A DNA stretch of 64,000 nucleotides from Centroscyllium fabricii (GCA_051313645.2 JBNRSN020000012.1:2604001-2668000), one strand, 5' to 3'. Positions 46,903 through 57,504 are shown, numbered from the stretch's first letter. Notes: generated by a model from the letters alone, not told the origin. Translations and numbers: made by a program.

Positions 46903-48187
46903 ACAAGAACATAAGAACAAACGAGATAGGAGCAGGAATAGTCCACTTGGCCCCTCGAGCCTGCTCCGCCATTCAATAAGATCATGGCTGATCTTGGGCT
47001 CAAAGCCACTTCCCTGCCTGCTCCCCATAATCCTTCACTCCCTTATCTTGCAAAAATCTGTCTATCTCCACCTTAAATGTATTTAATGACCCAGCCTCCA
47101 TGGCTCTCTGGGGCAGAGAATTCCACAGATTTACGACCCTCTGAGTGAAGAGATTTCTCCTCATCTCAGTTCTAAAAGGGCGATCGCTTATTCTGAAACT
47201 ATGCCCCCGGGTCCTAGATTTCCCCACGAGGGGAAACATCCTCTCAGCATCTACCCTGTCAATCCCCCTCAGTATGTTATATGTTTTAATAAGATCCCCT
47301 CTCATTCTTCTAAACTCCAATGAGTATCGGCCCAACCTGCTCAACCTTTCCTTATAAGTCAACCCCCTAATCTCTGGAATTAACCGTGTGAATCGTCTCT
47401 GAACTGCGTCCAATGCAAGTATATCCTTCCTTAAATAAGGAGACCAAAACTGTACGCAGTGCTCCAGGTGTGGTCTCACCAATACCCAGTACAGTTGTAG
47501 CAGAACTTCCTGCTTTTATACTCCAACCCCCTTGAAATAAAGGCCAACATTCCATTTGCCTTTTTGATTTCTTGCTGTACCTGCTGCTAACTTTTTGTCT
47601 TTCATGCACAAGGACCCCCAGGTCCCTCTGAACTATAGCCTTTTGTAATCTCTCTCCGTTTAAATAATAATTTGCTTTTTTATTTTTCCTGCCAAAGTGG
47701 ATAACCTCGCACTTTCCCACATTATACTCCATCTGCCAAATGTTTGCCCTGTCTCCTAGCCTGTCTATATCCCTTTGCAGATTCTTTGTGTCCTCTGCAC
47801 AACTTGCTTTCCCACCCATCTTTGTATCATCTGCAAACTTGGCTACATTACACTCGATCCTTTCATCCAAGTCATTAATGTAGATTGTAAATAGTTGGGG
47901 CCCCAGCACCGATCCCTGTGGCACCTCACCAGTTACCGTTTGCCAATCAGAAAATGACCCATTTATCTCAACTCTCTGCTTTCTGTTAGTTAGCCAATTC
48001 TCTATCCATGCTAATATATTACCCCCATTCCAAGATGTCTGATCTTATGCAGTAACTTTTATGTGGCACGTTATCGAATGCCTTCCAGAAATCCAAATAC
48101 ACCACATCTACTGGTCCCCATTTATCCACCCTACTCGTTACATCCTCAAAGAACTCCTGCAAATTTGTTAAACATCATTTGCTTTTC
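46903..48187 (-). mobile_element. 5'-truncated CR1 LINE with frameshifted reverse transcriptase (RT)
   Basis: RT motifs PQGSVLGP and FADD (ORF 47367-47924), C-terminus VRPHLEHCVQFWSP...WNSLP (ORF 47000-47482), then 3' UTR and tail. Confidence 0.93.
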
Positions 48188-48189
48188 AG

Positions 48190-48310
48190 AAGGTCAAAGA
48201 TCAGCCATGATCTTACTGAATGGTGGAGCAGACGCGAGGGGCCGAATGGCCTACTCATACAAACATAAGAAATAGGACCAGCAATAGGCCACGTGGCCCC
48301 TCGGGCTCCT
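48190..48310. mobile_element. Two short CR1/HE1-type 3' ends joined tail to tail (+48190-48256, -48257-48310)
   Basis: GATCAGCCATGATC...GAATGGCCTACTC followed by AACATAAGAAATAGGACCAGCAATAGGCCACGTGGCCCCTCG. Confidence 0.75.
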
Positions 48311-48507
48311 GGTCCTCATTCATATGTTCGTATAGATCGATTTTAAAGTGTGGCTCTTGTGGTCTATTCTGTTCCAGCGCCTTTATTCATTGTTGCAGCC
48401 TGTGGCTCAGTGAGCAGCACTCTCTCTCACTCGCCTCTGAGTCAGAAGGTTGTGGGTTCAAGACCCACTCCAGAGACTTGAGCACAAAATATAGGCTGAC
48501 ACTCCCA

Positions 48508-49023
48508 GTGCAGTACTGAGGGAGTGCAGCACTGTCGGAGGGGCAGTACTGAGGGAGTGCAGCACCGTCGGAGGGGCAGTACTGAGGGAGTGCTGCACTG
48601 TCGGAGAAGCAGTACTGAGGCAGTGCAGCACTGTCGGAGGGGCAGTACTGAGAGAGTGCAGCACTGTCGGAGGGGCAGTACGGAAAGTGTGCTGCACTGT
48701 CGGAGAGGCAGTACTGAGGGAGCGTTGCACTGTCGGAGAGGCAGTACTGAGGGAGTGCTGCACTGTCAGAGAGGCAGTACTGAGGGAGTGCTGCACTGTT
48801 GGAGGGGCAGTACTGAGGAAGCGTTGCACTGTCAGAGGGGCAGTATCGAGGGAGTGCTGCACTGTCAGAGGGGCAGTACTGAGGGAGCGCCGCACTGACA
48901 GAGCGGTAGTACTGAGGGAGCGCTGCACTGTCGGAGAGGCAGTACTGAGGGAGAGCCGCACTGTCGGAGGGGCAGTACTGAGGGAGTGCAGCACTGTCGG
49001 AGGGGCAGTACTGAGGGAGCACC
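48508..49023. repeat. 32-33-bp minisatellite GCAGTACTGAGGGAGTGCTGCACTGTCGGAGGG (~16 units) derived from the SINE interior
   Basis: Direct tandem periodicity. It continues at 59944-60052 and 60429-60600. Confidence 0.95.
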
Positions 49024-49995
49024 TGTAAGGTCGCAATATTACAGATTCAGAAAGATCCATAAAAGACAAGAGACAGATGGTTGGATTGAACATTTTTATT
49101 GAGCAGATAGCAGCAGAGGAAAACAAGCTGCGGCTTGATGAAAGGGAAGGGGCCCCAAAAGATGGCCACCGGACCACATGACAAGACGGCCAGAGCCAAA
49201 AACGAAACTACAGAAATAGTTTTACAGTCCTGCAGAAAGCCCGCGAAAACCCAGACATGGAGGCGCCGAAAACCAATATTTGATTATAAAGAACTGACCA
49301 GCTCCCCTCAGAACCGTTTAGCCCAACAATGAAAAATGCACCCAGATAATAAGCGCCTAATATGCTGCAAATATAGACTAACTGGCCCTAAATAGCCAGG
49401 CTTAGAAACTGCACAGCAAAGTTAGCAAGAAGCAATTTGCACCCGATCTAAACAATGCAGCGCTCACAGAAGCAGTTAGGATGGCTCTCAAACCATCCCC
49501 AGCAGGTTAGCTGGACAAAGAATGCTTAAACCGTTTTTAATAAGACAATACATTTCAATGATTGGCAAGGCATTAAGCACTCAACATTTTGGGTATAACT
49601 TCAGACATTTTGGACAGTTCGCTCTCTTATGACTCTGATCTCTCTTACGACTCGTGGGAAGCTCTTAGCTCAGCTCTCTTAGCTCTTCGCTCTTGGGAAA
49701 AGACGTTAGGTACAGTTCTCTTTTCGGTTGACTCTCTGGAAGAGGGGGTCTCATGGAATCTTGATCTCGAAAACTTGAAGGAAGGCTCTTGGAAGGAGCT
49801 CTTGGACTGTTTCAGCAGTGACTTTGCTGGGGTTTCTCTTCGGAGGCTCCCGTTCAGATCTCTGGGTGCAGGGCAAGCAGGGTGCAGGTTCTGGCAGGGC
49901 AGTGGTATCGCATCAGGGCTGGGATCATCGCTGGGGTAGTTGGTCGTTGGGCTCCGTAAAGCGAAGTGCTGGCAGCAGTAGGACTCTTTGCCCCG

Positions 49996-50001
49996 TATAA
50001 A
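49996..50001 (+). promoter_or_regulatory. Candidate LTR TATA box
   Basis: CCCG-TATAAA-GAAG in the middle of the LTR, present in both LTRs. The start site is not verified. Confidence 0.5.
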
Positions 50002-50562
50002 GAAGCGAAACAAGGCACTGGAGACAAGGCGTCCGAAGCAGGGGCCAAAGCGAGTGAGTTAGAAAAGACTTGTTACAGTTTGGCTCGAGAGGGCAGGATC
50101 GGCATACCACAGGGTCCGGTTCAGCCAGGGAGAAGGTGCGGTCTGGTGTGAGGTAGAAGAACCCTTGAGAGACCTGCCCGGGACCAGCCCGAGCAGACCC
50201 AGCCGCCGCCAAGAGGGAGAAGCAAACAAGTGGACTCCCGAATCTTCCACAGCCACGTGACGACCGACGCTGCAGCCGAAGGACGAAGAACTTCATAGCT
50301 GACCCCGAGTTTGACTGAGTGGTGAGCATGTGCCCCGATCCTACACACCTGGACATAGCTAGGCAATAGAGGGGAGGGTGGTTTATTTGGTTAATCTTTA
50401 GAGTGTTTGCCCTCTTTTTCGATGTGCCGTGCGTTCCCCATCCTATAAGTTAATTGCGTATGTCGGATAGCTATATTTTGGGCTACGAATGTTTACATTT
50501 TATACTGTTGTTGATATATGACATACAAGTCGATTGATGTGTATGAACTTGTGATCTGCTAT

Positions 50563-50568
50563 AATAAA
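50563..50568 (+). promoter_or_regulatory. Candidate LTR polyadenylation signal (copy in the 3' LTR at 59718)
   Basis: AATAAA followed by pyrimidine/GT-rich sequence. Further AATAAA motifs at 50739 and 50760. Confidence 0.55.
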
Positions 50569-50791
50569 GATCCACTTTTAAACTCTTATTCAAAGCCAAT
50601 CTGAGTCAAGTCTTTATACATCTCGTCTCTCTTCCTGCATCTAAGTCCAGCGTCGAGAACCGTAAGGGTGAGCGATTCGAACCGCTCACGGGGGAGGAGG
50701 TTTATTGCGCGAGGCCTGGCAGACGGCTAGAGCAAGGCAATAAAGGACCCCAAGTCGTGAATAAAACACACGGCGCACACCCCTTACAGAA

Positions 50792-52597
50792 ATGGTGACC
50801 ACGAAGGGACGTTGGCAGCAGGAAAGAGATGTGTTGGACTCAGCCTTGAATAAAAGAAACCAAATGGATGAGAAAATTGCTGATTATGTATTTAGTAAGG
50901 TTAACCTGACCAAGCAGTGGATTGGGGACCTGCTGGCAGACAAACGTCCACTGGACGCAGCTATCCATTGGACGGGTAGCAAGGGGCATAAAAAGTCAGT
51001 GGAGAAGGCGGTCTGGCTTATGTGCTATAAGAAGCAGGTCCAACTTTCGGACCAGGTGATTGCGGCGCAGACCGCGCAGATCAAAGGGTTAGTGCTCGAA
51101 GTGGAGGAAAAGGTCTCAGGGGGGCAGCAGTTGATCACCGCACTCGAGGCTCTGAATCGAGAGCGCCAGGTAAAGACCAGCCGCCATGAGGCCAGGGTTG
51201 AGCTCCTAGAGCGACAGGTGGTAGAGGCCATGTCGAGCGAAGGGAAGCTCAGGGAACGGTGCGTCCGCCTAAGTGGCCAGTTAAAGGCCCAGGACGAGAA
51301 TTTGCTGGGAATGAGGGCAGCATATAAGATGTCCCTCGAGACAAAGTACGAGGACGCTGATCATGGCTCCTGTTTAAAAGAGATTCAGGACCTCAGGGAG
51401 GCCCTGAGCAAGTCAAATGGCCTGGTGTGCCTCATCGACCCATCGGTGGGTGAGGTAAAAGTGGTTAAGGAACCCCCGAAGCCAAGGCAGAGGAGGGCGC
51501 CGGAGGCACCAGCCCCAGCGCTCCCCGCGCGATCACCCCATTATGCGCAAGCATGGGAGAGAGAGAACAGACAAGAGGTGGCGGCGGAGGTTCCCAAGGT
51601 GGGGGATCCGGACCCGGCACCCATGTGCCCGGTTCGAGAAACGAGGCGGGGTTCCGACACTGTGGATGGGGACCCCGGGCCCATCATGAATGAGGTTATA
51701 GTGCCCCATAGCTCGCAACAAATAAGGAGTATGATCGGACACTTTAGGAAGCTGTCCGCAGCAGGCGATCCGTCCCTGCACTTTAGAGAGGTCGAGCAGA
51801 CCGCAGCGGTAAACGGCTGCGATGAAGGGGAGCAAGCCAGGATGTTGCTTTTCTCCCTAGATAGCTCTATCCTTCAGTGTCTCTCCGACGAGAGCAAAAG
51901 GGGGGATAAGTGCTACAACGACTTACGGGACGAGGTCTTGGAAGTGTTGGGGATGGACGATGAAGGTCCGTTTGTGAGGCTGGGTAGGACCGTGCAGATG
52001 GAGGGAGAACCCCCACGGGTTTTTGCCGGGAGGCTGTGGCCTGTGTATCAGCGCAGCTGCCCAGATGTACCTGCACGGGCTGTTTTGCGCGATGCCGGGA
52101 GAGCCCAGTGGCTCCGGTGCATCGTTGCCAACAGCCTACCAGCCGTTAGAGAGCAGGCTAAGGTGTGGTTTGACCCCACCGACGCTCAGACCACAGAGGA
52201 GACGGTCCTCAACCGACTCACGGTCGGATACAAAAACACAAGAAGTTCGGTGATGCACTGCGATAAGGGGAAGGTGTATGCGACTAACGCAGACGCCCCA
52301 GTGCAGAGAGAGTGGCATCAGGAGGGGGGCAACCCGGGGCAGTCTACGTGTCATAGGTGCGGGAAGGCAGGCCACTGGCGCAGAGACTGTAGAGCCCCGT
52401 GGAGGGAGGTCAAGGAAAGAGCTCCCGCAGCCCCAGCCCGAGCACCCACTCCCACGGGAGGTGCCGGTGCGACTTTAAGTCCCGAAACGATTGAGTCCAC
52501 GCTGGGGGCCATGAAGTTGTATATGGCTTCCCAGGGGAAGGCAGCGGTTGCCACCGGTTCCGCAGGCACCGCAGCCCCTTACGTAGAAACCCAATGA
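50792..52597 (+). CDS. gag: Gag polyprotein (N-terminal coiled-coil-like region, capsid-like region, one CCHC zinc knuckle)
   Basis: Intact 601-aa ORF directly after the LTR. CHRCGKAGHWRRDC at 52349-52390. Confidence 0.92.
   Translation: MVTTKGRWQQERDVLDSALNKRNQMDEKIADYVFSKVNLTKQWIGDLLADKRPLDAAIHWTGSKGHKKSVEKAVWLMCYKKQVQLSDQVIAAQTAQIKGLVLEVEEKVSGGQQLITALEALNRERQVKTSRHEARVELLERQVVEAMSSEGKLRERCVRLSGQLKAQDENLLGMRAAYKMSLETKYEDADHGSCLKEIQDLREALSKSNGLVCLIDPSVGEVKVVKEPPKPRQRRAPEAPAPALPARSPHYAQAWERENRQEVAAEVPKVGDPDPAPMCPVRETRRGSDTVDGDPGPIMNEVIVPHSSQQIRSMIGHFRKLSAAGDPSLHFREVEQTAAVNGCDEGEQARMLLFSLDSSILQCLSDESKRGDKCYNDLRDEVLEVLGMDDEGPFVRLGRTVQMEGEPPRVFAGRLWPVYQRSCPDVPARAVLRDAGRAQWLRCIVANSLPAVREQAKVWFDPTDAQTTEETVLNRLTVGYKNTRSSVMHCDKGKVYATNADAPVQREWHQEGGNPGQSTCHRCGKAGHWRRDCRAPWREVKERAPAAPARAPTPTGGAGATLSPETIESTLGAMKLYMASQGKAAVATGSAGTAAPYVETQ
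50793..50809 (+). other. Primer binding site, probably tRNA-Arg(UCG)
   Basis: TGGTGACCACGAAGGGA lies 4 nt after the LTR. It is complementary to the vertebrate tRNA-Arg(UCG) 3' end ...TCCCTTCGTGGTCGCCA as I recall it, with one G-U pair. Confidence 0.8.
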
Positions 52598-53677
52598 CTA
52601 AGACCCGCGCTGCCCATTTACCTGTGTCCGCTCCATTATGATGCGTGGAGGAGACCTCTGGTGGAAATGGAGGTGGAGAGACAGGAGGGGAATTATCTGT
52701 TGGATACAGGGGCCTCATGCACCGTGATCCATACAGAGAAGCCGTTTAATTCCCCAATGTCCACCGGAGTCCCTTTTGCATTAGCAGGGTTTACGGGCAA
52801 GGAACAGGGGGGCGCGCGCTCTAGGCCACTCTCCGTTCAGTTAGGAGCGCTCCGCACCACGTGGGAGTGCATCCTGCTGAAATGGGAAGAAGGAGGTGGT
52901 AGAGGAATAGTCGGGGCAGATTTTCTGGGAGCACACGGGATCATGATCGACCTAAGGAACCACTGTCTATGGGCAGCCGAGAGTGGAAGAGGTGAAGTAG
53001 TGGTCATAGGGGAGGAAGAAGAGAAGGGGACCTTATGCACCATGAAGCCGTCCGGAGGTTACGACCTCGAAAGTTTGTCCAAGGGTGTTCCGGCCGACAT
53101 GCATGCGGCCGTGACTTATAATATAAACGCCTTTGCGACCCATAAGCACGATTGCGGGAGGGTCCTAGGGTTTGAGGTTAGTGGGCAGGGGGATCCCATG
53201 TCCCGACCCCAGAAACAGTATAACTTCCCTAAGGAAGCTGAGTCCGATCTGGAGACAGTGATGTCTTCACTGGTGCGGCAGGGCGTGTTGAGGCCGATAG
53301 CCACCCATGTGAACTCTCCGTTGTGGCCCGTGAGGAAGCCGGACAACTCATGGAGAGCCACGGTGGATTACCGGGTCCTCAACAGTAACATTCCCGCCTG
53401 CGCACCCACGGTGGCAGCAGTTGCCGACCTGATGGGAAGTATTCCCGCTTCCGCGACGGTGTTCACGGTGTTGGATATTTCCAACGGGTTTTGGTCCATC
53501 CCGCTGCGGAGGGAGGACCAGTACAAGTTTGCCTTTACTTTTAAAGGGCAGCAGTACACATGGAACTGCCTACCACAAGGCTTCCACAACAGCCCCAGCA
53601 TTTTCCACCAGTGTATGGCAGGGAGTTTAAAGGAGTTTAGCCAGCCCAATCAGATAGTGCAGTATGTGGACGACTTT
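52598..53677 (+). CDS. pol: Pol part 1: aspartic protease and RT (in frame with gag)
   Basis: LLDTGAS (52703), NSPLWPVRK, DYR, LDISNGFW, LPQGF, YVDD (53663-53674). Confidence 0.93.
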
Positions 53678-56600
53678 ACTTTTGTTCACGGACACTAGGG
53701 AAGAGCACTTGCCACTGCTAGGCGAGCTGCTGGAACTACTGGCTAGGAAGGGTTTTAAAATAAACCCGAAGAAGGCACGGATCGGCCAGACAGAAGTAAA
53801 ATTTCTGGGTCTAACCATCCGCGCTGGGGAAAGGGCCATAGATAAGGCCAGGAGGGAGTCGGTACAGGAGCTACCGATCCCTACCACCGTAAAGGGTGTG
53901 AGGTCCTTTTTGGGACTGACCGGGTATTGCAGAGACTTCATTGAGGACTATGCAGCCACAGCAGCGCCGCTGCTCCGACTCTTGCACAAGGGAGTTGGGT
54001 GGTCATGGGATGAGGGTTGCCAGGCGGCGTTTGAAAAGTTGAAGAGGGACCTGCAAACCGCGCCAGCCCTGGGGGCCATAGAGGGGGGGGAGGAGTTTTC
54101 CCTGGAGGTAGCTGCCAGTGAAGACAGCTTGAGTGCTGTGCTGCTCCAAGAGCGGCACGGCAAGCTGCGACCGGTAGTGTATTCCTCAAGGGTACTCACA
54201 GACGTGGAGAGGGGGTTCTCCAACTGCGAACGGCATCTTTTAGCCACGCATTGGGCCGTGAAAAGATCACTGATCTTCACGGGAACCTCACCCATCACTC
54301 TCCTCACCCACCACACACCCACCAGGATGCTCCTGGATGGAAGGATTAAGGATGGGACCGTGAGCAGCGCGAGGATTGCGCGCTGGACTCTTCTCCTGTC
54401 CCAGATGGATTTAAAGGTGGAGGGCCTGTGTGAGCCCAAGCTTGCAGCAAATTTAATGTACCCCGGAACGACCCATCGGTGTTCCGTGGAGGGGGTGTGG
54501 GAGGTGAACATAGGTCTGCGAGCCGGGATACATCCCACGGGCCGCGAGATTTATGTTGATGGTTCCAGCACGGTGGTGGCTGGCGAACGACTCACAGGCT
54601 GCGGGATTTTTGACCCTACGGCAGACATTGCCTTGGCGGTTAAGCTTCCCCGCACCATGAGCGCGCAGCAGGCCGAGCTGTCGGCGGTGGCGTACGTGGT
54701 AACCCACCCCGAGACCTTCCCAACCCCGTACACAATTTGCTCAGATAGCATGTTCACGTGCAACTCGTGCACGGAGTATCTAGCCATATGGTCACGTCGC
54801 GGGTACACTTCCGCGGACGGGCGACCATTAACGGTAAAGCCCTTGTTGGAGAAGATCCTAGCGGCAGTAGGGGAAGCAGGGGAGATCTTCATCCACAAGG
54901 TGAAGGCTCACTCTTCCACGGAACCCCGTGGGGGAGGCAATCAGCGGGCGGATGCACTGGCCAAGGAGGGTGCGCGTGAAGGCACTTTCTGGGACCCCTA
55001 TGGGTCCGGGCCCGTGGCCGCGATCCGGGATAAGGAGGGGAACCGCCCCAGGGTACCCCTGCCTTTGGACCTAAAGATGGTTCAAACCCAGGATCCCGTT
55101 TTAAAAGCTGTCCTCAAGGCTATTAGCGAGGACAAGCAGGTAGAGGGCCCGTACAGTAGGGCGACCCTCTCCGTTAAGGAAGGAATGTTGTTCAGGGAGG
55201 AACAGTGGGTTGTGCCGCAGCAGCACAGGAGGGAATTCCTCCAACTGGCTCACGAGGGTCCAGGAGCAGGGCACCCCGGGCCAGAGGTTACGTGGCAACG
55301 GGTAGAGCAGGCAGGGTGGTGGCCGGGACTCAGGGAAGATGCCCGCGAGTTCTGTGCAAGCTGCCTGGTGTGCGCTGCGAACAACCCAGACCCCCAAAGG
55401 AGGAAAGCGCGGATGGGACACGTCAGGAGGGTGGAGGGACCATGGCAGTCGATACAAGTCGACTATATAGGGCCCCTACCCACCGCCCAGGGAGGCTATA
55501 AGTATTGTCTCGTCCTGGTGGACGTGTTCTCCAAGTGGGTGGAAGCTTTCCCCTGTAGGACGGCTACAGCCTTAGGTACTGCCAGGATCTTGGTCCGGGA
55601 GGTGTTCTCACGGTGGGGACTTCCCCGTTTTGTGGAGTCTGACCAGAGGAGTCACTTCACCGGCCAAGTGATGCAGAACACCCTCATGCTCTTAGGCATC
55701 GAAGGGAAATGGCACGTAGCGCACAACCCCCAGTCGTCAGGGATTGTGGAACGCATGAACCGAACCCTTAAGGAACGGTTGAGGAAAGAGGCTATGGGCT
55801 CGCCCCAGAAATGGGCGGAGATCCTGCCTTTAGTCCTCATGGGGATCAGGGCCAGCCAGTCGAAAAGTACGGGGTATTCCCCGCACGAGTTAATGACTGG
55901 AAGGGCCATGCGCACCCCCACTCATGTACTAGCCCCGGTGCTCATGGAAGGCCAGCTCGAAGAGGTAAAGAAGGACAGGTTTGCCCAAAATCTGTTCGAG
56001 CACCTAAAGCAAGTACATGAGCAGGCAGCAGGGAACATGGGCAGACAGCATCAGGGGAACAAGCTGTTGCTGGAGCCCCGAAGAACGCAAGAATGGGAAG
56101 TAGGAGACCTGGTCATGGTGAGGAACTATGCCCGGGTAGGGAGTTTAGAGCCACTGTACATGGGGCCCTACAGTATTGTAGACAAGGCAAGCCCCATGGT
56201 GTATGCGGTGAAGGTGCCCCGACGCACGAAGTGGTTTCATATTAACCAATGCAAAAGGTATAAGTCGGGCACGCAGGGGTCGACCACAGGGGCAAGCCCT
56301 GTGAGTGGGAACGCCCAGCCAAGTGTAGGACCACAGGTCGCGCAGGCAGGTAAAGTAGCCTGCGTGAGAGGAGAGGCCCCTATGGAGGAGCGGAGGGTCT
56401 CCCGTGCTGTGTGGGATTCAGATGGGGAAGAGCCGGACCAACACGACCAAGTGTTGGACCCAATTGACCAACACGACCAAGTGTTGGACCTGACTGACCA
56501 ACACGACCAAGTGTTGGACCCAGTCACAAAGGAGAAGGAGGGGTCGGAGGACGGGGGTTCCGTTCTCGACTCAAGTGCCGAAGAGGTAGGGATAGCGGGC

Positions 56601-57194
56601 GGAGACTCACCACCTTGGGAGACAGGTGAGATGAGGTCGGAAGCCGCAAGAGATCCCAGTCCCGGGGAAGCGAAGCTGGAGGAGGGAGGGTCGGTGCTGG
56701 CAGCTGTGAAGGAGTCACAGGCTGCAGCACGACCTGGCCCGGCCTTCAGTTCGTCGACGAGGCGAGAGGAGGGAACGTCGGTGCTGGCAGCTGTGAGGGA
56801 GTCACAGGCTGCAGCACGACCTGGCCTGGTCCTCAGGTCGTCGGCCCAGGGGACTCTCGGTCCCAGGGAAGCGAAGCTGGAGGAAGGGAGGCCGGTGCTG
56901 GCAGCTGTGAAGGAGTCACAGGCTGCAGCATGACCTGGCTCGGTCCCCAGTTCGTCAGCGGAGCTGGTGGAGGGAACGTCGGTGTTGGCAGCTGTGAAGG
57001 AGTCACAGGCTGCAACACGGCCTGGCCCGATCCTCAGTTCGTCGGCCCAGGGGGCAGTACCTAAAAGCATCCTTCGTCGATCGGATAGGAAATCCCAGCC
57101 CAGGAAGGCTTGGCCAGAACCGTCCTATGCCCTCAGGTATAGGGACAGAACAGGGGGAAAAAGCCCCCGCCAAAGAATAATTGTATACCCCTGA
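53676..57194 (+). CDS. pol: Pol part 2: RT thumb, tether, RNase H, integrase and repetitive tail (after a 1-nt frameshift; in-frame TGA at 56931)
   Basis: FLGL and SFLGLTGY motifs. RNase H YVDGS/QAEL/SDS/KAH/GNQRAD. Integrase HHCC, D(55461) D(55641) E(55749) and GPY. The same frame continues past 56933 to 57194. Confidence 0.9.
56436..56525 (+). repeat. 3 x 30-bp tandem repeat (DQHDQVLDPI), each with a CCAACAC/GTGTTGG hairpin
   Basis: GACCAACACGACCAAGTGTTGGACC repeated three times. Confidence 0.93.
56665..57052 (+). repeat. 4 palindromic repeats (VLAAVKESQAA) spaced 87/114/87 bp
   Basis: GTGCTGGCAGCTGTGAAGGAGTCACAGGCTGCAGCAC cores at 56694, 56781, 56895 and 56982. Confidence 0.93.
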
Positions 57195-57504
57195 CAAGCA
57201 GCAACAGGCTGCGGGGGACCAAAGGCAAGGGCCAGCGACGCACCGCCACAGGGAGCGGCCCGCTGCGACCCTGACACGGGATAGGTAGGCTGCCCGGGAG
57301 AGGCAGCACTGTAATATAGTTGTGGATAAGTTTCGATAATGTTAAGGGAATAGCCCGAATTAAGTTTTGAATTTTAATGGTTTAGCATAAGGACAGCGGG
57401 AGTGTTTAGCTAATATTGGATCTGTCCAGGATGTGTGCGCATCTCACCACAGCCAGGCACTCTTGGGAGGCCGGCACCCCTTTGTTTAGTTGCAGGACCT
57501 GAAG

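Larger units (their letters stand above)
49024..50788 (+). repeat. 5' LTR (1765 bp)
   Basis: TG...CA ends with 7-bp inverted termini TGTAAGG/CCTTACA. Direct repeat of 58179-59943 (offset 9155). Confidence 0.97.

Noticed and set aside
48387-49177. ORFs with LPQYCPSDSAA repeats
   Set aside because: Artefacts of the 33-bp SINE-derived minisatellite.
50662-50700. tRNA gene in the LTR
   Set aside because: Only a T-loop/B-box-like hairpin is present; no cloverleaf or matching A box was found.
56665-57052. CRISPR-like array (palindromic repeats plus spacers)
   Set aside because: The spacers are related to each other, the array lies inside pol, the context is eukaryotic, and there are no cas genes.
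51025-57070. Antisense and alternate-frame ORFs over gag-pol
   Set aside because: Shadow ORFs of GC-rich coding sequence with no recognisable motifs.
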